The position numbers and the translations under genes are program-made. Below are positions 24,531 through 39,150 of a stretch of 64,000 bases of DNA, in pieces. Every line of letters begins with the position of its first letter. Position 1 is the first letter of the stretch. The stretch is from Octopus vulgaris (Eukaryota). The stretch lies in assembly GCA_951406725.2 (NCBI GenBank), contig OX597817.1, forward strand, positions 129,022,001 to 129,086,000. The letters are read 5' to 3'. A model generated the notes under the pieces. That model was not told the origin of the DNA, made no database searches, and was given only the letters and a program-made list of their open reading frames with translations.

Positions 24531-26922
24531 GACTTTGCCTTTCATCGTTTCGGAGTCGTTGTAATCTAAGTCAATTACTGCTGGCCTTGTGCCAAAATTT
24601 GAAACCAAGATTACCATACTAATTTTCTGGAAGTTCTACACCTTCAGTTCAAGGATTCCTCAGCTTGGAGAAAAACTTAAATCTTTGTTAGATGTACATA
24701 AGCCTAGGATAGAAGAGAATTTGAGAAAGTGTTCAGAATATTCCATTATCGTTGATGTCAATCATCATCAGCTGTATTGAACAAGTCGCAATAGGTCTCA
24801 GATCATCACCAAAGGAGAATTCAGTGAGTCTTTCGTCGGGTCTTATACTACAACCTCTACCGAAGGGCGGTGTTCTCAATAAATTAATCAAAATGTATTC
24901 GGGAAGCTGAAGCTAAAAGTAAACAAAACTGGAGAAAATTGCTGACAAGAAGCTATGCAAATATATACAAATATATGCAAATATATACAAATATATAAGC
25001 TATATACAATACATAAATTAATATTGGACTCTTATTAGATGGAGTACTCGTTGACTTTTTTTATGCAGATCAATTTACTATATATATATATATATATATA
25101 TATCGCAAACCTGCGCGCGCGCAATATTATATATGTATATATATATATACGCTTACTTAACCGCAGCTGGCCCCAGAAGTTGTGCCTATTTTTACGGGCT
25201 GAAAGGTCAACCATAGCGTATTACCTTAGCGGTATTATGCCGCGAGCATGCCACTAAACACTTATTCCTCTCTGATTCAAATACACTCACCTCCATCCCA
25301 ACCGAGCTGCAAACATCTGTCACGCAGAGATGCAATTTAAACGCTTTAAGTAGCAAAAGGCGACTACATAATTGAGAAATATTTTCGTTGCAGTGTATAG
25401 TATGGACACATCTTCCTAGGAGGCACTCAGCTTATTTCAACTGGTTTAGCATTAATCACCTGTTGTCTACACAGTATCTGATTAGACCAAAACAACTTGA
25501 CGATTCTCTTTCATATAACTGTAAATACACATACATACATATATACATACATACATATATATATATACATATATATATATACATATATATATATATATTT
25601 ACAGACACACTTAAATATATATATGTATATATATATATTTTCTATTATGCAAAAGTGTTCTAAAACCAAAACATTGCTTTTTCAGAAAACGAAAACTAGT
25701 TTCACTATTCCATTTCTTTTTACACTAGTAACAGTTTTAGCTTAACAATAATATTTTGCTAGGCGCATAAAATCGTACCTCCATGCATGTATGATATTTT
25801 CAGTCAGAAATATTTTTGCAAAACTGTTGTATGTGGGACGTATTACACATTTAAAGAATGTTAAACCGTTGTACTACACTTTGACAATTTTCATCTGAAG
25901 TAGCTGGAGACACGATAGTTTAAGCAAAAGAAGCGGCTATTGCAATCAAAATTAAATATTGAAAAAAAAAAAACAACACTGTTGGCTAAATTTGGACATA
26001 CGACAGTTTAACATAATAGCAACGACAAACACACACATATGCACACACACACATACAACAAATAAAGAGGGATTATCAATTCAGGCAAAAACTTCATAAG
26101 CTATCAGATGGCACACCAGGCTAACAACATTACGTAGATTAGTCAAGAACTCCAGGTAATCTTTTGGTTGGATTCTGGTTATGGTTCATCACAATTCTAT
26201 ATTGTAAATCCGTGGATGGGTTCAGATAAACTGGTTTTTACACAGAGTGCTATATAAGAAGCAAAGTTTAAAATAATGGTCATTACATATTTTTCCTTTA
26301 TTGGAATAAATTTGGCTCACAGCTGTTTCCAGTAGTCATTATAAGTACATTACTGACAGGCTTACTCAATTGGCCAATTGTTCAGTTGAGGAAAATTGAA
26401 CGACATAAGAAAATTAATGCTACTTTAGTCGGAACCATTTCTGATAATAACAAGCAGGGCACTGCAGGAATGGCTATTATATGGGAAAGGTAGAAGAAAA
26501 AGGTGGAAATATTCAAGTAGCACAGAGAACAGAGGAAGGCAAGTTACAAAAGAGCGGAAGTAGGTAAGGGGATAGTATAGGAGTCACTTGCTAGACGTAG
26601 AGGCATTGTACTGCCAAATTTGGAAGAGAGGTAGTCTAAAACATTAGTGTTTTGTAATCAGGTCAACACCCAATACCATATTAGCATAGTATATAGGTCA
26701 GATATTCTCCAGCCATTGTGCTGAAGTTTGATATGGTCTTTTCATGGACATGGTCGGGCTAAGACAGTAATGTTCAGTTTTTGCTATCTAGCTATATAGT
26801 GGAGTAACAATGTTAGAAAATAAAATGATACTAGTTGTAGTCATTCTGTAGAGGTGAGGAATGCTCTTATTATCAAGGATATAAATACTGATAGATTGAG
26901 ATATATGATTACAAATAAAATA

Positions 26923-28170
<1,248 letters not shown>

Positions 28171-28554
28171 AATATAGGATAGTGGTACAACAATGCACCA
28201 GTATTTATTGGAAATAGCAGACTATAACATACAACGGTATAGTAAAGCTTTACTGTTTATATATATATACTGACAAAGATGTTTGCAGGCGGCGGACATA
28301 AAAACTTTCATCTTACCTGCAGGAAGAACATTAAGTAAATGTACCACCCAGATGTGGATAATCTAGAATCTAGGTTTCGAACTTTCCGAATTATGTTAAC
28401 GTAAATTTGATTTGTTCTCTTCGGCTAGATTCACCAAGATAAACTTTCAAATGTCGCTACGTCAATGTTAGTATTACTCGTCTGAACACCTGGCCGTTAA
28501 CAGACCGAGAACAGTGAAAATGTTTATATATATATAAATGAGTTTATATATATA

Positions 28555-28830
28555 CCAAAGTATGCACAGAAATGTGAAACAAGGTTGGAGAAAATAGTAC
28601 TCGAATACCGGAGATAGAGTAATAATGCATTATTATTAAAGCTGCAAAAGCATTACTAAAAAACTGCTACTTATTCCCGTAGTTTCATATTCCCGTTTGT
28701 CAGACAGCTGTAATTGAGAATCCATTCTGAATAACAACATTCTTAATCACAACAGTCCAACGAACGGGAACGAGAAACTCTGAGTAGCATTTTTTTGTGA
28801 TGTTTTTCCAGCTTTAATGATAAAGTATAC
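28555..28830. mobile_element. Head-to-head foldback pLTR element with two degenerate hammerhead motifs, same family as 38326-38550
   Basis: Shares AAATGTGAAACAAGG..AGTACTC.AATACC..AG.TAGAGTAATA with 38340-38400. Arms at about 28627-28710 and 28750-28830 are inverted. Confidence 0.65.
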
Positions 28831-29069
28831 ATGCACCCACACCCACACGCACACACACACACACACACACAAATACATACGCACACATATATATGTATAT
28901 TTTACAGATATACTACATATGTATGCATGTATGTGCGTTTTTGTGCATGCTTTCGCGTGACTGTCTGCTTGTGTATTATTTGCATGTTTGTGTGTGTGTG
29001 TATTATACTGAATATACGAATCGAGTTTTAGGTCGTATGTTTTAGTTTTTCCTTCTTTCCTAAATTGTT

Positions 29070-29409
29070 TCAGTCGCGTTTGTTCATTTGTTTGTCTGTC
29101 CGTGGAAAAGATATCTCAAGAACTACTGAATGGATTCGGATTAAACTTTCAGGGATGTTTGGCCTCATGAGTGGCACGAACTGATTTTGGGATCGATCCG
29201 ATACCGGATAAGGATTCTGGTTTAATTTTTCTGGATTTTTTTTTTCCTTAATTTTTGAAAGCGGTCGGATTCATTTTTAATATTCTCGTTTGTTAGAGCA
29301 GTCGAATTTATTTCAGATATTCTCATTTTAAAAATCATCTCCAGCTAATTGTTGAGAGGACGTTGGTTTTGCCTTGGCGGAGGTTTGTGCTGTCTGAGTG
29401 TACTTGTTA
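29070..29409 (+). mobile_element. HINE-like element, copy 2 (5'-truncated)
   Basis: Homologous to 380-715. Confidence 0.7.
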
Positions 29410-30179
29410 TGATTAGTTTGGTGATGCAAACTATCTTAAATAAGAAACGATGGAAACTTTATTACTTACAAAATTAAAACCAAACGTTTACTTAAATATA
29501 CACGACTTTAATAATAGACTTAGAGCAGCTATTGTTTACAGAAAGTAACATGGACATACTGGTCTAAATGAAATGCGCCAATAAAATCTCATCAGTAACA
29601 TAGCACATAGCTTTCTTCTCCAGCAATAACAAGACAATAACAAATAGGACTGCCAGTCACTACCTCATTCAGAAGGTAAGCGAAAGAAGGTGTCCAGCAG
29701 TTGATATATATATATATATATATATGTATATTATTTATTATTGGTGTAAAGTAAATTCTTATACTCATAAGCGCAAGCGTGGCTGTATGAACATCTTGAG
29801 CAAGTGTCTTCTACCATAGCCTCCGGACAAGCAAAGCCTTGTTAGTGCTTTTGGTAGGCGGAAACTGAAGGTGGCCCATAAATGTGTTTGTGTATGTGTA
29901 TATGTATGCGTGCACATGTGCGGTGTATAGTAGCCTTTCGCAATCCGAGAAAAATGGGTCTGCAATTTCTTGTTGAACAACCTGCACAAATGACTAATTT
30001 ATAGTGATCAAACATCTGTGGTACAAATGGACATTGCCTGAACAGGTTCGTGGTGCACTACAGGTGCACTAATGTTGAAATGATCGCAGAGCAACGTGAA
30101 ATGAAGTGTTTTGCACAAGAACACAACGTACAATCCGCTGCAAGAGTTGAAACCACAATCTAGCAATCATACATCCATG

Positions 30180-30238
<59 letters not shown>

Positions 30239-30354
30239 TTGCATATATGCGTGTGTGTTTAGGTATGTCTGTATGCAAGTATGTACGCATGTGTTTATGT
30301 ATGTAAGTATATATGCATGTATGTATATATTACATTTGTGCGAGTGTATTTCTA

Positions 30355-30576
30355 TCTCTTTCTCTTTTACATGTTTCAGTCATTTGACTGCAGCCATGCT
30401 GGAACACCACCTTTAGTCGAGCAAATCGACCCCGGGACTTATTCTTTGTAAGCCCAGTACTTATTTTATCGGTCTCTTTTGCCGAACCGTTAAGTGACGG
30501 GGACGTAAACACACCAGCATCGGTTGCCAAGCAATGCAAAGGGGACAAACACAGACACACAAACACATACACACAC

Positions 30577-30639
<63 letters not shown>

Positions 30640-30799
30640 TACGACAGGCTTCTTTCAGTTTCCGTCTACCAAATCCACTCACAAGGCATTGGTCGGCCCG
30701 GGGCTATAGCAGAAGACACTTGCCCAAGATGCCACGCAGTGGGACTGAACCCGGAACCATGTGATTGGTTAGCAAGCTACTTACCACACAGCCACTCCT
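30355..30799 (-). mobile_element. SINE family A
   Basis: Homologous to 63311-63720. Confidence 0.85.
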
Positions 30800-31149
30800 A
30801 TAAATATGTACGGTACACACACGCTTAAACAACAAAATCAAGTTAACAATTTCATTCATGCATAATGTGTCATAATGGCTCCCTATTAACAGCTGTTGGG
30901 GTATCTTGTTTGTTTCAACATTTAACACTCAAACGAGATCGTATCTCTTCAATTTTTATATATTAACATGTAAATATGCTTTTTCATCTTTTACCTTTTT
31001 GCTTTTTTCAGGCATTTGACAACGGCAATGCTGGTGCCTCTGTAAATATGCATACATGCATTCGTACACGCCAAAACACATTCTCACATATACACACACA
31101 TACACACGGCCTTATTAGATTTACATATTCATCATTACGGTAATTAATG

Positions 31150-32182
31150 TTTCATCTTTCGAGCTATCACATTGTAATGTAGAGAAAACTTGATAAAATT
31201 CCTGTATATTAATTGCTTTGTGGGATTGAATGCAAAGGAAATGCAGAAGGAGTGAGAGTCGTGTGGGTATAGTGGACACCGAGAAAAAGGGAGAAGGATA
31301 GGAGAAAAACTAGCAGTAAAAGCAAGTGAAGAGCGAGTTTTAAAATATAGAAGTGACTGGTAAAAATATCGGGAAGAAAATATATAGATATGCTTTTGGA
31401 ATGAAAAGATTCAAAACGGTATGTGTACTGAGAAGGTAGCAGAATTTAGTGTCCAAAATTAAAAAGTAGATTGTATGTAATAATTCCATTTTTTTTTCTT
31501 GAATCGTGGAAATGGAAGCAGAGAAAGCTATTAATAACAACGTGTGAATATTGAGTTAAAATATTCTTTACGGGGAAGAAAATGTCTAAAGGTCGTAGAC
31601 GGGAAAGTTTTCTTAGTAACTAATGTCAGCGTCTGGGATACGGAAAGACTTCGAATGTAATCATTTTAGACTGCTAACGTAAGTAAAATGACACTATGTC
31701 TGAATTCCGGATGAGAAGAGATTATTGATAGAGTAAAATTTCTAGTGTTGCAGAGATGCAAATTGACACGGCTTGTAAGACTGAAAATAAGGGTTAGCAT
31801 AACAAATTATTTTCCATTTAATGTCTATAGACGTATTATTCTATTTGACGTTCCATATAAATTTAGATAAAAGGATATCGAAACGTCTTGTTTGGTAACG
31901 AAAAAAAGAAAGGTAATAGCAGCTTTTGAAAGAATTTGATAGCAATCCATTGTATATGATTAAGAAACTGTCATAGTTTTAACAATAGCACAGTAAATAA
32001 TTCCTTTAGAAGTAAATTTACGGTCGGGTAAGTAATTATTCAAATGAATATAGTTACATGTTTACGGAGATTGGACTCAAGAAGAAGTATCATGTTTAAT
32101 TTGATTCATATTGGGTAAAGGTTGTGCAAGGTTAAATCATTTTTCGTGTGTGTGTGTCTGTGTGTCTGTGTGTCTGTGTGTT

Positions 32183-32213
<31 letters not shown>

Positions 32214-32450
32214 ATGAGCATTTACTTTTACATTGGTGATAGTGTTCATGTTGCGTGTCTTTTGCTTCGTAAGATTATGTAATTTATTGATTGTGAAATT
32301 TGTTTGTAAATAAACTGGTAGAGAATTTCTATTAAAATATGGTAGTTTTAATGTTTTGGGAAAAAAGTTTGAGAAGGTTTTCAGACAATATTAGTGACGG
32401 ATGTGGAAGTATGTGAGATGAAAGGAGGATTAAACCAGGTGGTAAGACAT
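31150..32450 (-). pseudogene. Old decayed Penelope-like element, GIY-YIG region
   Basis: Minus-strand pieces: FPK..IFNRNS (about 32360-32320), KGIIYCAIV (about 32010-31980), YNGLLSNSFKS (about 31955-31920) and IWNVK*NNTSIDIKWKIICYANPY..YKPC (about 31858-31765). These match the PLE GIY-YIG C-terminus pattern. Confidence 0.6.
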
Positions 32451-32689
32451 ACTCCTTTTATTAGTATTCGTGCGATGTCGTTTATAACGTAGTGTGTTTA
32501 TTTCGAAAGCCCACTTCCTTCACAAGAAAACTATTTTATTATCTCTGGTCTATTAGTGTTGTATTACTGCAGTTAAGTTTCCGTCATTAGTGAAATTTTA
32601 ATGACAGTAACACTCTAAGTAAGTAGAAAATGTTTTACTATTTCCTATTCTCCCTCTCTCTTCCTCTGTTCACCTTCTCTTTGTATATA

Positions 32690-32694
32690 CATAC

Positions 32695-32780
<86 letters not shown>

Positions 32781-32863
32781 CGCCTGTTACGTTCTTGTTC
32801 CATTTTTGTTTTTTTTTATATACATATTGCGGTGCACATACACCTTTGGTCTCCTGCATGTAA

Positions 32864-32932
<69 letters not shown>

Positions 32933-34025
32933 TGTATGTATGTATATATATATATATACATACATACTCACACATACATACATACATACATACATACACA
33001 CACACACATACCTACATACACACTCGCATGCACACGCGCACACATGCATGCGCGCGCGCACGCACACATACATTCATGCATGCACGCATGCCTGTGGGGT
33101 CTGGCTTTATTTCGGGCGTACGTCGGAGCGTGTGCGTGTGTGCCTGTAGATTCGCATGCGCCCGCACCTCAAGAGTCTTTTCCATCAGTCTTTCAGTTGC
33201 GAAGTGTGTCCTTGCATGCATATATATACACACATATAAACATATAAACACACATATAAACCCCTACATTTGTACACAGACGCACATACATACATACATT
33301 CACTCCCACGCACGTACACACACACATTTACATATATATACAATACACGCACGCATACATATACACATACAAACACACACTAATTCACATACACACCGAC
33401 ACATATACATACACACAACATATACCTTCACGCGCACGCAGACATACATATAAGTATACACATATAAGCACAGACACACACATACATACACACACCAAAA
33501 CATGCGCACACATACGCACGCACACGCACAAAAAGAAACTCACAACCCCACGGATACACGCATATACATCCATTTACGCTTACACACACACATACAAACG
33601 CACACATACACGCACACACAACTACACGCGCATACATACACACGCACACACACACACGAATGAACCCACACATACATCCCATACGGCACACAACCATACA
33701 TACATGCACACACATACATACACGCACACAATTATACATACGTATATATACACACACACGTACGTACAAGCACACACACACACCTACACTAAGTTAAGCA
33801 CAGTTACTCGCCATACACGCAAGAAACGCACACGTACACACACACATACTACAACAAAACACACACACGATACATATACACACACACATACCTCACTGTT
33901 TCTGACCTGCCTTTCTGACTTGCTAGGGTACCCCCACACCACCCCCTAATTCTACTATTGCCTGCTTCTAGCCATTGCCCACCATACACACACACACACG
34001 CACACACTCACACACACACACACTT
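32690..34025. repeat. Compound (TA)n/(TG)n/(TATG)n tracts and a long degenerate CA-rich simple-sequence region
   Basis: Seen directly in the sequence. Confidence 0.9.
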
Positions 34026-34196
34026 GTCATCACGTACACCTTTTTTACCATTCCTTCTTTGATATAGCTCTCTTGTTTTTAAAAACATTTTCCTCCATTT
34101 TTACCACTTCCGTCTCTTTAGTATGTGAACTCGTGAATACCACCGGCGATTTTTTTTCCCTCTGTCCTCCCGTCTCGGGATCTTTCCTTCTCCCAT

Positions 34197-34231
34197 GTTT
34201 CCGACGAAGAGCTCCGCTCGAAACGTCAAAC
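34197..34231 (+). ncRNA. Minimal type-I hammerhead ribozyme (CCGACGA core variant) in a pLTR remnant ending in (TA)n at about 34329
   Basis: GTTT-CCGACGA-A-GAGC-TCC-GCTC-GAAA-CG-TC-AAAC. Stems I and II are perfect, stem III is the ACGT palindrome, and the triplet is GUC. Confidence 0.75.
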
Positions 34232-34323
34232 CCTCCTTCTTCCCTTCTTTCCTGAGCGTCCAATAATACTTTATTTGTTCCACATCCTTGCGTTGTTGTC
34301 TTTTTGTTTTCTTGTTTGGATTA

Positions 34324-34374
<51 letters not shown>

Positions 34375-34953
34375 ATAAATTCTGTACTAATCTTTTACTC
34401 TTTCCTTTAGCCCACTTCCCACTTTCTTCGTTCCCTACACTTCTTTTTCTCGCTCCTGCCCGCTATCTCATTTCTTGGCCTTCTCTTCATTCTCATCACT
34501 TTCCCTCCTCCTTTTACCTCACTCTGTCCCTTTCCTTTCTTTTTCTCTCTTTCTCATCCCTCCCTAATTCTTCAATCCCTCTACTCCTACCTCTCTCCTC
34601 TCCTTTCACGTGACCGGTGTTTCTTCAAGCCTGACTTTTGTTTCTTGGTTCGACTACAATCCGTGTAGCATCTCTTATATTCCTGCCCATGTCTTTCATC
34701 TCTTATGTTCTTGCCGTAAGGCTTCACTTTCACACAGGCCAGCTTAATTTAATTCGCCCTTAGTCGAAAGACACCTGTTGTTAATGTCCTGTTGTTTGTA
34801 TTTATAATAGTGTACCAGTTCTCCGTTTTTTTTTGTTCTTGTTTATCTCTGTCCTTATTTGTATTGTCTAACTGTCTGAATGTTCTTGTTAGATTTTTTT
34901 ATATATATACATATTGCAGCGTACGTACACTTTTGGTCACCTGTATGTAAGTA
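34375..34953 (+). repeat. Copy of the (TA)n-anchored repeat, inverse of parts of 27030-28170 with an internal deletion
   Basis: CCAGCTTAATTTAATTCGCCCTTAGTCGAAAGACACCTGTTG is the near-identical reverse complement of 27322-27363. Confidence 0.75.
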
Positions 34954-37830
34954 GAGGAGACCGGGGCAAGTTGACTACAGGGGCAAGTTGACACATTTTC
35001 TCTAGAGAAAATGCGAAACTACTTTCAGACGATTTAAAGACATCATAGTAGTGCTGTTAGTATAAGCTTCCCCCTCATCTGATTTCGTCGCCGTTGTGAG
35101 AGTTTGTCTGCTACACGCGGACAACACTGGAATTTTCCACTTGGTATGTTATTTTCGACATTTTTGATAATTAGTTATTTTGGATTTTGTTTAAGACTGC
35201 GTTAAGTGTATTAAACCATAAGGAGTTAGTAAAATATCTCTCACGACCCTATACAAATGGATTCTTGCGAAACCCTAGTGGATTTCTCTCAGTGTTTACA
35301 TTTACGAGGGAAATGGGGTCGGGGAAAGTTGACACATGTAAACAGAGGCACGTTGACACAGTGTGTCAACTTGCCCCAGCCTGTGATAAAGTTGTTGTAG
35401 GTTGCTTACATTGATTCACAGACTGTGTCTATCCCATTGTAACAAAGAGTGTTTGCTATTTGATTTATGTCTGGTACATTGGATCAATTCATTGAGTAAT
35501 TTATGTATTGCTTGCTATAGTCTTAGATCAGCTATCTTTATCTATACCAACCTATTCTATCTTCATACCGCAAACCTACTTAGGCAACAGCTTGTATACT
35601 GACTCAGCTTTGTAACATGTACCACTGATATATAAGTATGAAGTTATGCCGTGACCAGGCATGCTTGAAACTAAAATGTAGGTATATACTCAGAGCTTCG
35701 TTTTGCTTTCACTGTTGGATTATGCAATGAGCTAAATTGCTTTTTTTCTCCCTCTCTCTCTCTTTCTCTCTTTACTGACCTAGATCTGCAATTGTCATGG
35801 TGCGACACTACAAACGCAAAAGCGAGAGGGCAACCCTTCCACAGGATGTAATCCAACAGGCTATTCAACAGGTCCGAGCTCGTGTCATCTTCTTGCGGAA
35901 AGCTTCGAGGACATTTGGCATCTCTTTAAAATCTCTGTCTTGCTACTGCACCAAGGCCGCTGAAGCAAACAACAACGATTACAGTCTTAGTGGATACAAA
36001 AAAGCCACGGCAAGTTCTCACCGACGAGTTCGAGAATCAGTTAGAGGCTTATGTTTTGGCTACCGCAGAAATTTACTATGGGCTTGCCCCAAAGGATGTG
36101 CGGAAATTGGCTTTTCAAATGGCAAAGGCACATGGATGTAATATCCCTCCAACCTGGTATGAGACAGAAATGGCAGGTGAAGATTGGTTCTCTGGATATC
36201 TTCAACGACACAAGAATTTATCCATAAGAAGTCCACAGGCAACAAGCTTGGCACGAGCAACAAGTTTCAACAAGAAAAATGTTGCTATGTTTTTGAACCA
36301 ACTTGCTGAGGGGATGCTTCGGTATAAATTTGATCCATTCAATATCTGCAACATAGATGAAACTGGCATAACAACTATGCAGCGATCCGATAGAATTGTT
36401 GTCAGAAAAGGAACAAAGCAAGTGGGAAAAATGACAAGTGCGGAAAGGGGAACTCTGGTCACATTGGCAGGCTGTGTAAATGCCGCTGGAAACAGCATAC
36501 CACCGTTTTTTTTTTGTTTTTATCCGGAAGAACTTTAGGCCACATTTCCTGAACAATGGACCATCAAGCAGCGATGAAAGTGCTAATCCATCTGGTTGGA
36601 TGTGCGAGGAGCAGTTTGTGAAATTCCTTCAACACTGTGAAGAATGTGAAATGTTCAAAGCAGTCACCGTGCCTTCTCTTGCTGGGCAATCACGATTCCC
36701 ACCTTAGTATCGAGGGGCTGACTTATGCATCAGACAATGGCATCACCATGCATTCTTTCCCACCTCGCTGCACACACAGGTTAGAGCCGTTGGACAAAGC
36801 GGTCTATGGACCACTGAAGAAGTACACAAACACTGCCATTGATGACTGGCATATCAAACATCCTAGCGAGACCATGACTATTTATGACATTCCGTGTATT
36901 GTCAAAACTGCATGGCCATTGACTGCAACTCCGACGAACATTCTTACTGGCTTTACTTCTACAGGAATGTGCCCTTTTAATCATAAAATTTTCACAGACA
37001 GCGACTTTGCACCAAGCTATGTCACTGACTGACCGGATCCTGCACTTTCAGCACTTGGGTGGCCTTCAGCACCTGCAACACCTGGGCCTTCAAGCAACAT
37101 AGCCGCCAGGTCTTTTCTTTCAACATTTCAAATCCGTCCACTACCCAAAGCAGGCCCTAGGAAAGAATCAACCAGAGGAAGAAAGAAACGTTGTTCTGAA
37201 ATCCTCAGTGACTCGCCGGTTAATAGAGCAATCATAGAAGAAAAGACAAAAAGTAAAAGTAAAAAGAAGACAAACATTGATAAAGGAACGATAGGAAAGA
37301 GACTCAGTAGGGACAGGTCAACGAAGGGAAAAGGTCCAACTACTAAGAAAAAAGTTCAAATTCAAGAAAGTGATACCTCTGATGAGGAAGAGTGCTATTG
37401 CTTAGTGTGTTGCGAGCCCTTTTCCAACAGCAAAGGCAGGGAAGTGTGGCTTCAATGCTCTGATTGAAAAGGTTGGGTTCACGAGGCATGCACAGGTCTG
37501 ACAATATTCACATGCCCAAATTGTGGCTCTGATGATGATATGTAATGAAACCGTAATAAAGGCACTTGATCAAACCAACAAGCTTATATCATGTGTTTCT
37601 GTCCACTAACATGTATGTTCCAAGAAAATGCATTCATGTGTCAACATACCCCATTATATGTGTCAACTTCCCCGGTATCGGGGCAAGTTGACACATTTAA
37701 GTGGTCTTAGAAAATGCACAAAATATAAATCCAGACAATAAGCAGATGAAATCTCTAGCTTTATAAGTCTTCTACTATGGAAATGAAAATATGTAGCCTA
37801 TGAAGGACCAATTAACGTATATTTTTGTTG
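34954..37830 (+). mobile_element. pogo/Tigger-like DNA transposon, 3' TIR apparently lost
   Basis: Left end is TA|GAGGAGACCGGGGCAAGTTG. The GGGGCAAGTTGACAC motif repeats at about 34962, 34980, 35320, 35362 (inverted), 37636-37674 (inverted) and 37680. The element contains a transposase pseudogene. Confidence 0.85.
35797..37545 (+). pseudogene. pogo-like transposase (HTH_psq, CENP-B HTH, DDE_1) with a C-terminal PHD-type zinc finger; about 3 frameshifts and 2 stops
   Basis: MVRHYKRK..., AGEDWFSGYLQRHKNLSIRSPQATSLARATSFN, NIDETG, SAERGTLVT, SGWM, LLLLGNHDSH, FPPRCTHRLEPLDKAVYGPLK. Reading past the TGA at 37030 gives IRPLPKAGPRK...CLVCCEPFSNSKGREVWLQCSD*KGWVHEACTGLTIFTCPNC...M*. Confidence 0.9.
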
Positions 37831-38140
37831 GTAAGGTGATGAGCTGGCAGAATCTTTACCACATCGAACAAAATGCTTAGTAGCATTTCGTCCACATTTT
37901 TACGTTCTAAGCTCGACCGAAATCAACTCTGCCTTTTGTTTCCTTTCTTCAAAGTTCCTAGTCTTGAACCCTGCAGCGGACTTGCTCCCCGTTCAGGGAA
38001 ATGTTGTGAACTTAGTCATTTATACGCCATGGCGACCGGGTAAACAACCTTATGAATTCTAGGCAGGCTCCAAGAAAAAAAATAAAGACTATGTATTATG
38101 TTGTCATCGAACCTAGATACATCTTGATCTATTTATCTAT

Positions 38141-38220
<80 letters not shown>

Positions 38221-38222
38221 AA

Positions 38223-38254
<32 letters not shown>

Positions 38255-38281
38255 GCGCATGATTGCATGTATGCATGTATG

Positions 38282-38325
<44 letters not shown>

Positions 38326-38327
<2 letters not shown>

Positions 38328-38550
38328 AGAGCAAGCACATAAATGTGAAACAAGGTGGAAAAAAGAGTACTCAAATACCAGAGGTAGAGTAATATGCTTT
38401 ATTTAAAAGCAGCCGAAATATAACAAAAGCTGTTACTCAGAGTTTCGGACAGTTTTGTTCGGACAGCTCACAAAACTGTCCGACGAACGGGAACGTGAAA
38501 CTCCGAGTAACAGCTTTTGTTATATTTCTGCTGCTTTTAAATAAAGTATG
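38326..38550. mobile_element. Head-to-head foldback pLTR element next to (TA)n
   Basis: 38393-38446 is the reverse complement of 38496-38550. A hammerhead motif lies in the right arm and an internally deleted copy in the left arm. Confidence 0.75.
38476..38513 (+). ncRNA. Minimal type-I hammerhead ribozyme (CCGACGA core variant)
   Basis: CTGT-CCGACGA-ACG-GGAA-CGT-GAAA-CTC-C-GAG-TA-ACAG. All three stems are perfect and the triplet is GUA. Confidence 0.75.
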
Positions 38551-38712
38551 CATCAGATGGCGTTTGCTAAAAAGCATCCGTGAGGTAAAATCGTGTAGCA
38601 AACCAAATGGCGGTGCCCCAGCATGGCCACAGCTCATTAGCTGAAACTGGAAAAATCAAAATCAAATCAAAATCATATACATATATATATATATATATAT
38701 ATACATATATAA

Positions 38713-38744
<32 letters not shown>

Positions 38745-38899
38745 GTGTGTGTGTGTATCGGTATTTTCCCGTTGTCAATGCTGTTTTCAAGTTTAGTTCC
38801 CATTTCAGGCGTGAACATTCTGGTATTTAACCATGAATCATTGGCTACAGGAATGAAACTAAAACTGCAGAGGTTATTATTGTCATACAAGTCGTCAAG

Positions 38900-39150
38900 C
38901 CCTTTACTTTTTTCTGAGGCTTTTTATATACAGCTTATTAATGTCAAATGTTTTCCTCAACAAACAACTCCTCTGCATGCATGCCGCCAGTTCTTTCTGT
39001 CTTCAGCTACTTTTACTCAACTGATAGATATTCAGCAAGGGTATCTTCTTGTTGGGGGAGTTGTGAGTTTTTCTCGCATGCGCTCACGTTGGACGGTGAC
39101 CATGTTAAATTCAGTGTTCAAGAACTGTCTGGGTTACGTCGTGCCTGACA
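38900..39150 (-). pseudogene. Possible RTE LINE 3' remnant
   Basis: Minus strand gives PRQFLNTEF...VAEDRKNWRHAC, which resembles the RTE C-terminus. Confidence 0.4.

Noticed and set aside
24589-24780. IEENLRKCSEYSIIVD peptide resembling a hAT transposase
   Set aside because: Too short, with no TIRs or further motifs.
26315-26392. GAAACAGCTGT palindrome with an upstream CTGAACA (minus); similar weak cases at 31597-31634, about 29525-29600 and about 53034
   Set aside because: Too degenerate or incomplete to call, although they may be old pLTR ribozymes.
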